Shown here one piece after another: positions 49,410-64,000 of a stretch of DNA of 64,000 nucleotides (position 1 is its first letter; every line of letters starts with the position of its first letter). Source of the stretch: the human T2T-CHM13v2.0 reference genome, Homo sapiens; the NCBI RefSeq assembly GCF_009914755.1, contig NC_060940.1. One strand, 5' to 3'. A program made the position numbers and the translations under genes. A model generated the notes under the pieces. The model was not told the DNA's origin. It did no database searches and was given only the letters and a program-made list of their open reading frames with translations.

Positions 49410-49719
49410 CTTTTTTTTTTTTTTTTTTTTTTTTTTTTGAGACAGAGTCTCGCTATGTTGCCCAGGCTGGAATGCAATGGTGCGATCTCGGCTCTCTGCA
49501 ACCTCTGCCTCCAGGGTTCAAGCAATTCTCTGCCTCAGCCCCCCAAGTAGCTGCGATTACAGGTGCCCGCCACCATGCCCTGCTAATTTTTTTGTACTTT
49601 TAGTTGAGTCGGGGTTTCACCATCTTGGCCAGGCTGGTCTTGAACTCCTGACGTTGTGATCCACCCACTTCAGGCTCCCAAAGTGCTGGGATTACAGGCA
49701 TGAGCCACTGTGCCTGGCC
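49410..49719 (-). mobile_element. AluS inserted in a MIR
   Basis: Long poly-T; TSD cacagctggtcttt / catagctagtcttt; MIR motif cccattttatagatgaagacactgaggc upstream. Confidence 0.95.
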
Positions 49720-50458
49720 CATAGCTAGTCTTTAAAGCTCTAGGTCTCCTGGCTCCAAATCCAGTGGTCTTTCTAACAGCATATTTCCTCTACATCTTAA
49801 TTTTTTAAACAACCACCTGCATAAAACCTTTGCATTCCAGGTGCTCCATTTCCCTAACCCTACACATTGTTTGAAAAATTATTTTATTGACGTCTTTTGT
49901 CTATTTCCATCAACTTGTGTTTCATGGCAGTAATTAAGTTTTAGGCTCCTCCTGCTAAGAAAAAAAGTAAATATAGCCATGGCCCACAAGAACCATCATT
50001 ATGGAAATGACTTCCATTTCTTTTGCAGTTTAGGGGAGGGAATGGGTGGCTGGGAAGGAGTCATAAACTTACAGAAAAAAAAATGTCCCTCAAGGGATTT
50101 GTGATATATTATCTTTTCAAAGATCACTAAAATGAGAGATTTGGAACGTAAAGAAAATTCTAACACAGCCCAAATATACAAGATTGTTTACAGCCACAGA
50201 TTCAGCATGTAATTTCCACAGCCAGGATAAGGGAGTTTCTAGAAAAGCACCACAACAATTAAGCTGCTGGCCAGGAAATCGCAATTAAAAAGACGGGCTA
50301 TTTTCCTTAATCCACCCCTTGCAACTTCCAAAGGATTTTCTAGGGTTTCTAGGACTCAGGACCTCCCACCTCTCAAGGACAGATGGAAGGATGCACCTAA
50401 GAGAACAATTAAAATTTTATGATGAGTAAGTTCCTTCTCCCCCAGAATTCTTACTCTG

Positions 50459-50459
<1 letters not shown>

Positions 50460-50493
<34 letters not shown>

Positions 50494-50510
50494 GCATGCA
50501 CGCACGCACA
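50460..50510. repeat. (CA)n plus (GCAC)n
   Basis: Directly visible. Confidence 0.95.
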
Positions 50511-51868
50511 GACCTAACCGCCCTCCTGTTCATAATTGAACCGGTCCGAGCGTGCAGGGCCTTCACACAGAGTGATGGCTTCCCCTGTCTTCTGCATTTG
50601 TTCGGCTCCTTTGGGAGGAGCAATTTACAGAAAGCATTATCGATTTTTGCCATAATAGGTACAGAGATGCCTCACCGTCCCTACTCAGCCGGCTCGCTCT
50701 CTGCATCACAACTGTCAGGCCAGTTTGTGAAGCCCCGTCATTATTTTTTTTCAAGTAAATCCATCATAAGGTTGGGGTAGGGGGAGGTAAGGGAAGCGAT
50801 GAAAATAAAATTATTTTCACCTTGCCATATGAAAGAATGTTCACATCCTTCTTTGGAAATGAGTGCAAGCGCCATAGAACAGCAGAAAAAATAAAAGAAG
50901 AAAAGGAAATTTGCAGTATCTCAAGAAGAAAACCAGATGAAAGACAGAGATGTAGTTGGGACCTACCTGAACTATTCTGAACGCAGTTATACCTGGGCTC
51001 TAGCTTGCTGTCACTTCTCCCCAGGGGGCTAATGCACCTGCAGATATTGTCTTTAGTGTGGAATAAAAAGAAACAGGACATGCATTTATTTGTTTGCTTA
51101 TTTATTTACTTACTTGTATGTGTGCATCACAGGATGGAATCTGCCCTGAAACTCTTTTCTCCAAAGACCACCCACCTGTAACAGAGACCACCGATTCCCA
51201 TTTGACTTATTCCCTTTGTGCCAGAAGTTTCCTGATACTCCCTGCCCCAGTGCCCTCCTCACTGGTCACTGGAGGCCACCACTCTCTGGTTACTAATCAG
51301 CATGTGAATGTAAATATACCTAACCTCAAATATTTCTTAAGATGAGAACAAGCCTCTTAGAAACCACATGGAAAACTACACTAAATGCATTTTTGACGCT
51401 CAAACAAGCCTTTTGATATTCATGTCCCCACTTGCTTGGTCCTTGGTGAGCTCTTCAAGCAGGTTGCTAGGCTCCGAGGAGGGTTGGAGCTTACTCTCCT
51501 TCATCTCCGAGTTCGGACCTCTCTCTTCCCCCCAGTTCCTAAACGCAGCCTTGTTTGAGGCTTAGAAGACTTAATCCAAGAATTGGCTCTAGATCTCATT
51601 CCCAGTTCCCCAGTTCATTAGCCATGAAAAGTGATAGCCGCTTAAGATTTTTACGAGACATTGTTCCAGAGGCGGACATTGTGCAGTTCCAGAACTGCAC
51701 AATTACCCACACTTTGCATGCAGCCCTCCAGCCTGTGGCTCTGGCGTAAAGAGCACAACAGCCATCACTATGCAGAATGAAAAGCGGCCTGTTTGCTCTT
51801 GGTTACAGGCGAGGATGTGGTGATGTTTTGTTCCAAGTGGTGCTTCCTTGAAAGGATGTTTATTCTCA

Positions 51869-52282
<414 letters not shown>

Positions 52283-52363
52283 AAGCACACAAGTCTCTCC
52301 CTCCCTGCTCCTGTTTGGCAGGGACATTTGCAAAGGGACAAATTTAGAGGGACTAAAGTCTAG

Positions 52364-52754
<391 letters not shown>

Positions 52755-53470
52755 TGAATCATGTTTAAAAACAAAAACCAGCCCTCCTCCGTCAGATCAT
52801 ATGAAATGTATTACATCAGAGTAAGGTTTAAGTTCCATTAAACTTGTATTTCTGCTTAAGGCTGCCTGATTCTTTGTCACCCTTGATGTCACATGTTCAG
52901 CTACAACAGGCAGTGTACACTGGATTCAAATCTCCCTGTGTATCAAGAACGATAAATAAGAATCTTGGTCACTTCGAACTTTCACTTTCTAATTGTGCTT
53001 CAATGATCCCATCTGAGTATTGAGTCTGAGTGATACCAGTCAAGCACTTATCATCTATCCCACCCAGAGGAAGGTGAACCATAGTAAGAATCTATGTTTT
53101 GGCAAAGTTTGCAAAAGTAAGATATGTGAAGCAGTGAGATCAGGCTGCTGTCTCTTCTCACGCTGGCCCACTTATACCTCCCATTATGTCAGGTGGCACC
53201 TGCGTGGTCACCAGCATTTTGGAATCTGGTTTCACTGAATTTGGCTTTTGATAAATGTATTTATATGAGGTTCACACACATGCTTAGGAACACCTGGGTC
53301 ATTGCTAGCCAACTCAATAAAACTTCTAGAAACAACCTGCTCCCAAAATAGTAGCTGATGCTACTATTATAAGACTCTTACAATTACACCAAGAATGATG
53401 GAAAATAACTCGCTGAAATCTTGTATGAGTCAGGCAATACAGTGTTAAGGGTATTATAGGCATTATTTCA

Positions 53471-53710
53471 TTTATTTATTTTTTTATTTTTTTATTTTTT
53501 GCTCTTATTGCCCATGGTGGAGTGCAATGGGTGGCGCGATCTCGGCTCACTGCAACCTCCGCCTCCGGGGTTCAAGCGATTCTCCTGCCTCAGCCTCCTG
53601 AGTAGCTGAGATTACAGGCATGCACCACCAAGCCCAGGGTTTCTCCGTGTTGGTCAGGCTGGTCTCAAACTCCCAACCTCAGGTGATCTGCCTGCCTCCG
53701 CCTCCTAAAG
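53471..53710 (-). mobile_element. AluSp-like, linker deleted and 5'-truncated
   Basis: ggtttctccgtgttggtcagg; gcccag joins directly to ggtttc; TSD ttatttcattta. Confidence 0.88.
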
Positions 53711-53899
53711 TTATTTCATTTAATTCTTCAAACAACAGATGTTTGCTGTTTTTCTCACGGCTATCTTCCACTACAAGAACAGTACTTGTTACCTACAAGC
53801 CATGTAATAAATATCTGTGAAATTGATGAGTAACCCATAGAATAACAGGCAATCTCAACAAAATAAGGTTCACAAAGGAGAAATATAATGGACCAATAA

Positions 53900-54580
53900 G
53901 TACTAATAATCAATGAGATGGAAAATAAGGCAAAATTATAGCAATTTCTTTTTAACACACTGGCAAAGTTTCATGTTTCATTATTTAACGACAATCTCTA
54001 GTGTGGAAAAAGAGTTGTGGACACGGGCTTTAGGGGTATACGAAGGAACACCCTTCCTGAGTGACAATCTGGCAACATTTATCAACACTCTTAAAAATAT
54101 TTACACTCTTTGGCAATATACTTCAGTGTTAGGGAATTGATCATAAACATCACAAAAATTACCTATAGATGTATGTATGAAGAATTTTATCTCGCTATCA
54201 TTTAAAAGGGAGAAAAATTATATAGAACCTAAATGTCCATTTCCGTAGTTAACTGTTAAATGGTGACATAAAATTTGGTCCATTCATATGATAAAATGTC
54301 ATGTAGCCCTTTTAAATCATGCTTTTAAAGTAGTATTTATTGATGCAGGAAAATATACTATAATGTTGAGTTAAACGAAACAAATTTTATGGCACGGCCT
54401 CAATTTTCTATAATTCTGTGATGTCCATAAGACTCTATGGATATATTGGAAAAACTCTAAGAGACTGCTACTTATAACCACTAGAAAAAGGGGTTATCCC
54501 TGTGTGATAATTGTATAGTTAGTTTTGTTTTCTCTCATACTTTTCCATTTTTTCCAAATTTTCTACAATGAGCCATTTCT
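53900..54580 (+). mobile_element. Ancient L1ME-type fragment
   Basis: caatctggcaacattt; aacctaaatgtcca; tttccaaattttctacaatgagc. Confidence 0.65.
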
Positions 54581-54851
54581 TTCAACAAACGATTACTGAT
54601 AATTATTAATACTGCAAAAAGCATGAAAACATCTAGGAAATCTAGGGTACAAGGTTCATTTTTGTTCTCCTTGTTCAGAAAAGAACAGATTATTTATCTG
54701 TTGTCCTTCCAAGTTAATATCCCTAACTTTTTCATCAGAAAAATAAGGCACTGGATTTATTCTGTGATTGTAAAGTGACAGCCTAGGGGCCACGTGTGGC
54801 TGACAGAAGTGTTTTATTTGGCCTCATAATATTTTTAAAACTTGAATTTGA

Positions 54852-55281
<430 letters not shown>

Positions 55282-55573
55282 TGATTCCCCAGTCCTTGGA
55301 TTTGCTGACCATTTATCTGTATTAGTGAGCTAGGATCTGAATCTGTAATAAACAGAAATCCTAACTGGACTGTGAAGCCCACCCAAGCCCTCTTCCTAAC
55401 CGGCATGCCCACCCATGCACCATCTGCTCTTCAGCAGTCCCAAAGATGCAGGCAAGGAAGCGATGTTTGGTTCTCCTGCTATGGACCCTGGCTCCATGAG
55501 AACAATATCTCAACTCTGGAATCTGTTCATGCCTAAGGGAAATTATTATTAGCAGTTATAAACAATACCACTA

Positions 55574-56040
<467 letters not shown>

Positions 56041-57234
56041 CACTTCTGTTCTGGACAGATTCAAAGAAACCAAGGAGGGTGATATGGTACTCGATTGGTT
56101 GATGATGCCTTGAACATTGCTCATTTGGGCTTGTGAAAAATGAAGAGTGCATTAAACAGCTTCCAACTGTCAGAATTCAATTTCAAGCTATCTGAGACGC
56201 CAGCACTATTTTCCTAAAATTAACCTTGACTTTATGAACCAGGAAATCTTCTCACTCTTGGCTCTGATTTTTAGCCAGCAAAATTAAACTTCTTTCAAAT
56301 GCAGAAGTTCTTTTCTCTCATCTCCCATTCAGAGAAGATAGTTCAAAATACAGTAGGCAGCGTACTCTATGAAATACACTGGCATGAAAATTAGATATGC
56401 CCAGATCTCTAGAAAAGTGTACTTTTTTTTTCTAAGAGAGAACTAAATTGTAAAGGTGAGCTATTTGGAGAGAAGATTCTGAGTGGGGATATAAACCATG
56501 ACACATTTAATGAAACTGCCTCCAATGATATGGGTAAGAAGGGCTCACAAAAAAAGTTTGCCATATTTTGGTGCAAACTGGATCTTACAGAGATCCCAAA
56601 TCTCTCTGGAAAGGGTACAGTTTATAATTTTTAGTATCTATTTAAATAATGCAGGAAGATGTAAGCAGATAGTAAGAGAGCTAGTCATTTCCCATCTTTT
56701 TCCTAGCAGACAGGTGGAATTGGATGGTCAATTCCAAACCTTTTCCTTACATTTCCAGTCATCTCAGTATTGAGTCCATTGATTCTCACATGGCTTCCTG
56801 ATAAGTGTGTGGTCTTCAAGCTAAATGCTAAGGCCCCATGACATAGTGCAAATGTTCTCCTTTCCATTAATGAGACCATACTCGCCATCCATTTTACCAA
56901 AGTGGCTCAATCCTACTTCAGACAGATTACCTAACAATATCCACTATGAGAAACACAACCCCATTGGCCACGGACTGATCTTTCACTGTTGATTCTCTGA
57001 ATGCTTTACAAATGGCTAAGGCTAGGAATACAGGTGAACCAAACTTGTATTATGTGTAGAGAGTTTAGTAGGGATCTTGGGAAGTACTAAAAACAAAAAA
57101 AAGGAATAAGAAAAATAAGATATTCAGAAGCTAGATTCTTCAGCTATAATGATATTGATTCCAGTGCTGTTCAGAAAATTCAAAGTGAGAAATAATATGA
57201 ATGTATGAACATAAACATTAAGTTATGCCATAAA

Positions 57235-57480
57235 ATTTAATGCTGCTCTGCGATTAAAACGTGTTCTTGAAGATTATTGAGTAAAGAAAAATGTTCACAA
57301 TGTATTGTTGACATGAAAACACAGATTATGAAATGGCACAGGCAGGAGGATCCCAAACAAAATACAATTAGAAAAAAAATGAGAAGGATATACACCAAAA
57401 TGTTCATAGTGGTCATCACATAAAAATAGGACTGGGGAAATATTTACTTTCTTTGTTTTTCTTGTATTATTTTTGTAATT
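57235..57480 (+). mobile_element. Ancient L1ME-type 3' fragment
   Basis: gaaggatatacaccaaaatgttcatagtggtcatc. Confidence 0.6.
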
Positions 57481-59337
57481 TAAAAAAATATATTTCTCTC
57501 ATGTGTGACACAAATCATTACAGGCCTAGTTATTAAGCCAATAAGTTATATGACCCATGAAACAATGTCTTCAAATGTAGGATAAACTGGCTGAATTAAA
57601 CGATCTTTAAAATTTTTCCAACTCTAATGATCTCTGCTTCTAGGGGTCAAAAGCTACCAGCAGCAAGAAGGGTGAGGAAGAGGATGAAACCCAGGACACC
57701 CTGATTATTTAAGCATTGAAGAAAACAATCTATACTATTATCAATAGGTGAGGCAGCTTTGGCAGCATAGTAGATCGCCTTTGGTCTCTGATAAGGTGTT
57801 CACTGGGAAATGTGAAAAGAAATGATAATTCGATGATTTTTTCATAAAAGCACAACGATTCCTCTTAAAAAGCTGTCCTTAAGTATGAGACAGCCTCCTT
57901 CCTATTCTTTTGTCTGGGGAGGGGTGAATAAGGTTAGGTGGAAAATATTTAAATGTCCTTTCTTTTATGAAACAGGTTGGTGATAATAAATAGTAATTCT
58001 GTCTGTTTAATACCCTCACATAACCAAATAAAAGGCTGACAACTCCTGTGTGAGCTGCCAAAATTTAAAACCTTTACTAGTCTCAGCAATTCTAATTTGG
58101 AGACTACTAATGAATACATGACTTATTTCTACTGATACACATTTTACTAGAACAAGATTTGCAAACCTGTGGTCATCAGGCAGAAAATACCCACAGATGA
58201 ATTTTGTTTGCTAACTGGGAGATATTTTTTTACAAAGCTCACATCCTCATGGGGCAACCAGGTGTCATCATTGAGAACCCCACTGTTCCTTTGGTGAGAC
58301 TTGGGGTGCCTAGTTGGCCACAGTGGGCTGTCTGGCCTAACTTGCTCACTTTTGTTATTTGCCCAGCCTTGGTAGGCGTTTGAGTTTGGTACCCTTCTGA
58401 GAAACACACGAATAGCCTGTTGTCAGGATAGAATTTTAGGGAACTATGGAAGCCACATTCTGTCTAGGGCACTGGAGAGAAGCTAGCCCCAAATTCCTCT
58501 GCCTAGCAACTTCCTCGGTTTTGGCTCAAGACCTCAGCATCATTAATCAAAGTTCTAGCAGTCTTTCAGCTTCAGCCAGTAGTTGTAGTTGGAAAGCAAA
58601 CCAAACAGAAAGAATTCTTAAAAGCACAACTCCAGGAGTGTTTAACAACACTCAACCACTCCATGCATCCCCTCCTCCACCCCTACCCCTCATCAGGCCC
58701 CCTTGGGGGATGCCTCATTGAAATATTTCCTTGCCTGGGCCTTCTCCCTCCAAAATCACTCATGCCATAAAAGTAAAGCAAGAAAACACCAAGAATTTTA
58801 AACACCTCAGTCTGTAATGGGATTAGAGCATCTGTAAGGTGTAAAAAATGATTTCATTGTTTCCTATAAACTGGCTCCTTCCTCACCAGAAAGGGCCTCA
58901 GTCGAGATGTAGAAAGCAACTTTTTAACCGGCGTATATTAAATCTGACAAACATCTGGTCAATCAAATTTACAGCAATACATAGGGTCTAATAAAGGTTT
59001 ATTTCTTCTTGAAGAACAAATTTAAAGATTTTTAAAAAGGCTTTTATATATAAAAAGAAAACTAGCCCTGCATTTCTTGGCCCAGCCTGATTTCAAATGC
59101 ACCATGCTTTGCCAAGTCCTGGCCACAAAAGGGCCCTGTTTCCTTGAGGCAGCAGGGAGGGAGACATGTGTCGGGGCCTGGAGGGCGACAGTTCCTCTGC
59201 ATCCCATGCCAAAGGAAGAGCAGGAAGACCCAGGAGATGATAAGCTTGGAGCCAACTGTGGTCATCACTGGGAGGGGCAAAGCGAGCAACTGAGAGCCCC
59301 AAAGAGACAGGGGTCTTATTGTCACTACCTCCAACAG

Positions 59338-59354
59338 AGTGTGAGTGTGAGTGA

Positions 59355-59385
<31 letters not shown>

Positions 59386-59386
59386 T
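59338..59386. repeat. (GTGA)n(GT)n microsatellite
   Basis: Directly visible. Confidence 0.95.
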
Positions 59387-60199
59387 AGGCTGAGGGAGGA
59401 ATCAGGGAATAGGGTGGATGCAGACTGCTTAGGGCCTGGGATAAGAGAACAAAATGGTAAAGCATTGAGGAGCTACCTAAGTCCTCCCTTTGACCCCTAC
59501 TCTAATTCTCTCAACTCAGCAACTGTTTAGAACAACATTAAGCACATGATGTAAGCCACTTGGAAGTAGGGATGGACAGTGCTTTCCCCTTTAAACCATG
59601 AGAGATTCAAGTTACAAAACAGGACATCAACCCAGGCACCATACCTTTATGCCAGCCTGACATGCCTGGCCCCATATGCTCACCAACCAACTCTGTGGTC
59701 ACCCCACTAAGCCACAGCATTATGGGGAAAGGAGATATTTGGAGAATATTAAACCATTTAATTTTTGTCCTTATATGGATTCCTTTCACCATCCATTAAA
59801 TAAATAGGTTTCATTGCTTCAAGGGGAGGGTAGACAGGTAAAAGCTCCATGTGACAGGACCAACCTTGGGGGCACCCAAATGATTAGCCATGGAGAGGAA
59901 TACAAATAGACTAATGATAAGGGGAAGGAGGTAACAGATCAGATGCAAATGTCTTAACTTATCCTTTGGGGTCAAAACTCTAGAGAAAGTCTAGGGGCGA
60001 GGGGTGATAGAAACCCTCACATAAGTGTGTAGTTCCTTCCAACACAGTGGGGCTGGCTCTTAAATTGTGAGGGTAAATGTGTAACAAAGTGCGAGTCTCC
60101 TGAAATAGTACTCATTTTAAGCATGGCACCCAGAGGACATATTGCTGCCAAAGCACTGCATGGAAGTGGTTTAAGGTGGTATCTGCAAGGATGGACTAG

Positions 60200-60835
60200 A
60201 AGGAGGTTTTCAATCTCAGCAATATGGCATTTTGGGCCAGACATGCCTTTGCTGTGGGGATTGTCCTATGCACTGGGGGTTTGTCCTACGCATTGTAGGA
60301 TGTTTAAAGCTATCTGTAGTAGTCCGTTCTTGCATCACCATAAATAAATACCTGAGAATGAGTAATTTATAAAGGAAAGAGGTTTGAGTGGCTCACCATT
60401 CTGAAGGCTATATAAGCACGGCACTGGCATCTGCTCAGCTTCTGGGGAGGCCTCAGAGAGCTTTTACTCATGGCAGAAGGCAAAGCAGGAGCTGGCCCAT
60501 CACACGCAACAGCGGGAGCACGAGGGAGGAGGAGGCGCCATACTTTCAAACAACCAGATCTTGTGGGAAATCACCCACTATCATGAGAACAGCACTCAAG
60601 CCATGAGGGACCCACCTCCCACCAGGCCCTACCTCCAACGCTGGGGATTACATGTCAACATGAGATTTAGGGGGACACATATGCAAACTATATCTGCATC
60701 CTGGGTCTCTACCCATTAGATTCCAGTAGCACACTAGCACGTTGCCCTCCAGTTGGGATCCCAAAAAGTCTTCAGACATTGTCAACATTCCCTGGGGGGA
60801 GGGCAAAATCATTCCCTATTGAGAAGCTCAGGACT
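60200..60835. mobile_element. MER20 DNA transposon split by an MST LTR
   Basis: cattttgggccaga...cattgtaggatgttta before the LTR; gcatcc...tctacccattagattccagtagc...cagacattgtcaa...gggcaaaatc after it. Confidence 0.8.
60315..60695 (-). mobile_element. MST (MSTB-like) MaLR solo LTR
   Basis: tgtagtagtccgttcttgcat; gcatctgctcagcttctggggaggcctcag; catgagatttagggggacacatatgcaaactatatc. Confidence 0.9.
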
Positions 60836-61729
60836 AGAGGTAGGATCCTAGTTCTCACAGCCTGTGTGAGAATACAGGCCATCCAGGAGGACTAGGGGCC
60901 TCCACAGGGGTGGATGTGGAACCAGTGGCAGAGCTGGAGGAAAAGAAGACCCTATCCAGAGAGGGGACCAGATGCAGTGGCCAGACCAACACAGATCCTG
61001 AAAAGACCAGCCAGATACAGGTGAATCCTGGCAGGCAGCAGAGCTGCACAACGGGGGCCCCCCACCCAAGCCAGAGAGGAGCCTCCAGAGACAGCAGGCA
61101 TACTGGGGACCCTCTCCTTCAGCTACCATTGAGAAGAAATATTCTTCCCCTGCATGCAGACACAACTGGGGTAACCGAGTATGGTGGGATTAGATGGTTC
61201 AAGAGGAGAGAAACAACCTTCCATGAAAGGGTGCTCAAATCTTTCATTAACCCAACATCTACCCTAAACAGAATGAATCTCACCTACAGACTGTTTTAAA
61301 CTAGAAGAGATGGAGTTACCCAGAGATGACAAGTTTTGATTTTTCTTCTACCATTAAGGATTGTGGCAACTCAGGGATAAAATGAGACCAGTTCTAATCA
61401 GAGTTGCAGCAAGTATACGGGACTCATTATGCATTTTTCCAGGTTTTCTTCTGATCCCATCCCATCCCATTTCTAGGTATCTGACTCCATCTCTGGCTAA
61501 TGGTTCTACCCTTTACCTTCAACCTCAGGAATCTGCTTTTCTGTCTTCTCCAGCCTTGAATGTCACTGTTTCCCAAAGAGTTATAGCTCATTCTGATGTG
61601 AACGACTATCAGGACACAACTCTCTGCCTGGGGTTCCAGTTGAACCATCCCTCTGGTGGTCAAGGAGAAACCCCATTGCTATGGACTTTTCTGGACTCAT
61701 GAGAGAAAAGCTAACGGGTAAATCTTCCA

Positions 61730-62315
61730 GGGCTACACTGTGTAATATCGTAGCCACTAGCTACATGTGGCTATTTGAATTTAATTAAAATTAGAAATTC
61801 AGCTCCTTGGTCCCTTTTATGAGCCGAATTGTGCCCCCCCCCCCCCCGCCCCCAATAATTCATATGTTGAAGTTGTAACTCCCAGCATCTAAAAATGTGA
61901 CTGTATTTGGAGATCAGGTCTTTAAAGAGGTAATTAAGTTAAATGAGGTCCTTAGGATGGACTTAATTCCAATCTGACTGACGTTCTTATAAGAAAAGGA
62001 GATTTGGATTTCTCGAGAGAGAGAGAGAAGACAGGCCAGGGATGGGCATAGACAGAGGAAAGACCACATGAGCCAGAGAGAGGTGCCTGTGTGCAAGCCA
62101 AGGAGAGGCCTCAGAATCAAAGCAACGCTGCTGACACCTTGATCTCAGACTTCTAGCCTCCAGAACTGCAAGAAAATAAATTTCTGTATTTTCTTATGGC
62201 AACTGGCACTAACTAATATAATCGCAATTGCCACATGTAACTAGCAACTACCATATTAGACAGCCCAGATAGAGAATAGTCCCATCATTGTAAGAAGTTC
62301 TATTGGACAGTGCTG
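61730..62315. mobile_element. MER3-type DNA transposon split by an MLT1 LTR
   Basis: gtagccactagctacatgtggcta...aaattcagctcct; resumes ctaccatattagacagc...aagttctattggacagtgctg. Confidence 0.78.
61815..62220 (+). mobile_element. MLT1B-type MaLR LTR
   Basis: ttcatatgttgaag; aatgtgactgtatttggagat; caagccaaggagaggcctcaga; gacttctagcctccagaactg. Confidence 0.88.
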
Positions 62316-62632
62316 TTTGCTGTTCTAGGGCTAATGGTAGCTGACATAAAGAGAAAATGTAATGTGTAGCCCGCAACTCAGTCTCCTATACGATAACTCT
62401 TGTGAGTTACTGGTGGCCATGTTGTTCAATTCTTCAACATCTTGGCTTTGCATTCAGTTAGAGCTAAAACAGCCCAGCTAAGGAACTGGGAATCTGTAGC
62501 TCTTTGCTACTGCTTGTTGTAAGAATTTTCCGTCTGTATCTAAAAAGAGCCCCCTGCCTCTGCTTGAAAGTTGTAGTGGTGACACTGCCCTCGTAGCACA
62601 TAATACTTTACCTTAATGCTAAGAATAACCCC

Positions 62633-62634
<2 letters not shown>

Positions 62635-62670
<36 letters not shown>
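62635..62670. repeat. (CA)n microsatellite, about 18 units
   Basis: Directly visible. Confidence 0.97.
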
Positions 62671-62672
<2 letters not shown>

Positions 62673-62759
62673 GTGTAACTGCACCTAAGTCTCTAAACCA
62701 TGAAAATCATGCATACCAGGAGCTGTTGGTTCCTTTACTATATTTCCATGTGGCACCCA

Positions 62760-63473
<714 letters not shown>

Positions 63474-64000
63474 ACCATAGCATCCTTGCCAACCTCTCCC
63501 GCAATCTTGGCATACACAAAGGACAGAAACTAGAACCATGACACGCCAGTGTTTAATGTCTTCTCACACCTCTTAGACCTGAAGACTTGAGGGTGGTCTC
63601 CTTTGTCACAGGTTCTATTAGGTCCCATGAGGCTCTATGGGGTCCCTCTTCTCAAGGAAGAAGAATCTAGACTTGCTTCCATGTGTAATCTACAGGCTGC
63701 CTCAGTAACCGTCTCTACCAGTTAAGTTAGTGTAAAAAATATGTACAGCTAACTAGACTAAATAATATTCAGAATAACTTCAAGTTTGATCATATCAAAC
63801 CAAATGGGATTAACTCTACTAAGAATGGTATGGAAGCCCTTTCAAGACAATCAGACAAACATGGTCATTTCTGCAGACAAACTGGGCAGATCAATATCCA
63901 TGCACAGAAGGCTGACTCTTCTACATGGTTAACAGAGAAGACTACCATAGAACAGGTTGCTACTTTTCTGACTCTCCACAATCAATGTGTTGAAAAATTT

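Overview
Primate (human-like) non-coding genomic DNA, most likely intronic sequence of a large gene. It is not a microbial accessory region. I can support no protein-coding exon; the longer ORFs in the track come from Alu, L1, LTR or microsatellite sequence, or look like chance. The window is a mosaic of about 30 Alus, L1 fragments from young (L1PA) to ancient (L1M), MaLR/ERV LTRs (MLT1, THE1, MST, MER34-like), DNA transposons (MER3, MER20, MER58, MER63), MIR/L2 and microsatellites. Between these lie repeat-poor, CpG-retaining tracts that look regulatory, including one consensus CTCF site. L1/LTR orientation bias and one well-formed candidate exon (13998-14157) suggest a minus-strand host transcript, which I cannot name. 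I found no evidence of a new gene system. The notable signals are mutational fossils: two triple target-site duplications showing re-use of one retrotransposon insertion site (one involving a 5'-inverted L1); a tailless 5S rRNA retropseudogene; two short templated copies taken from one donor locus at 32.7-33.1 kb and pasted 1 and 3.6 kb away; fold-back inverted repeats; an internally duplicated Alu; and a zero-spacer inverted Alu pair. Repeat subfamily names are from recalled consensus sequences and old-element boundaries are approximate.
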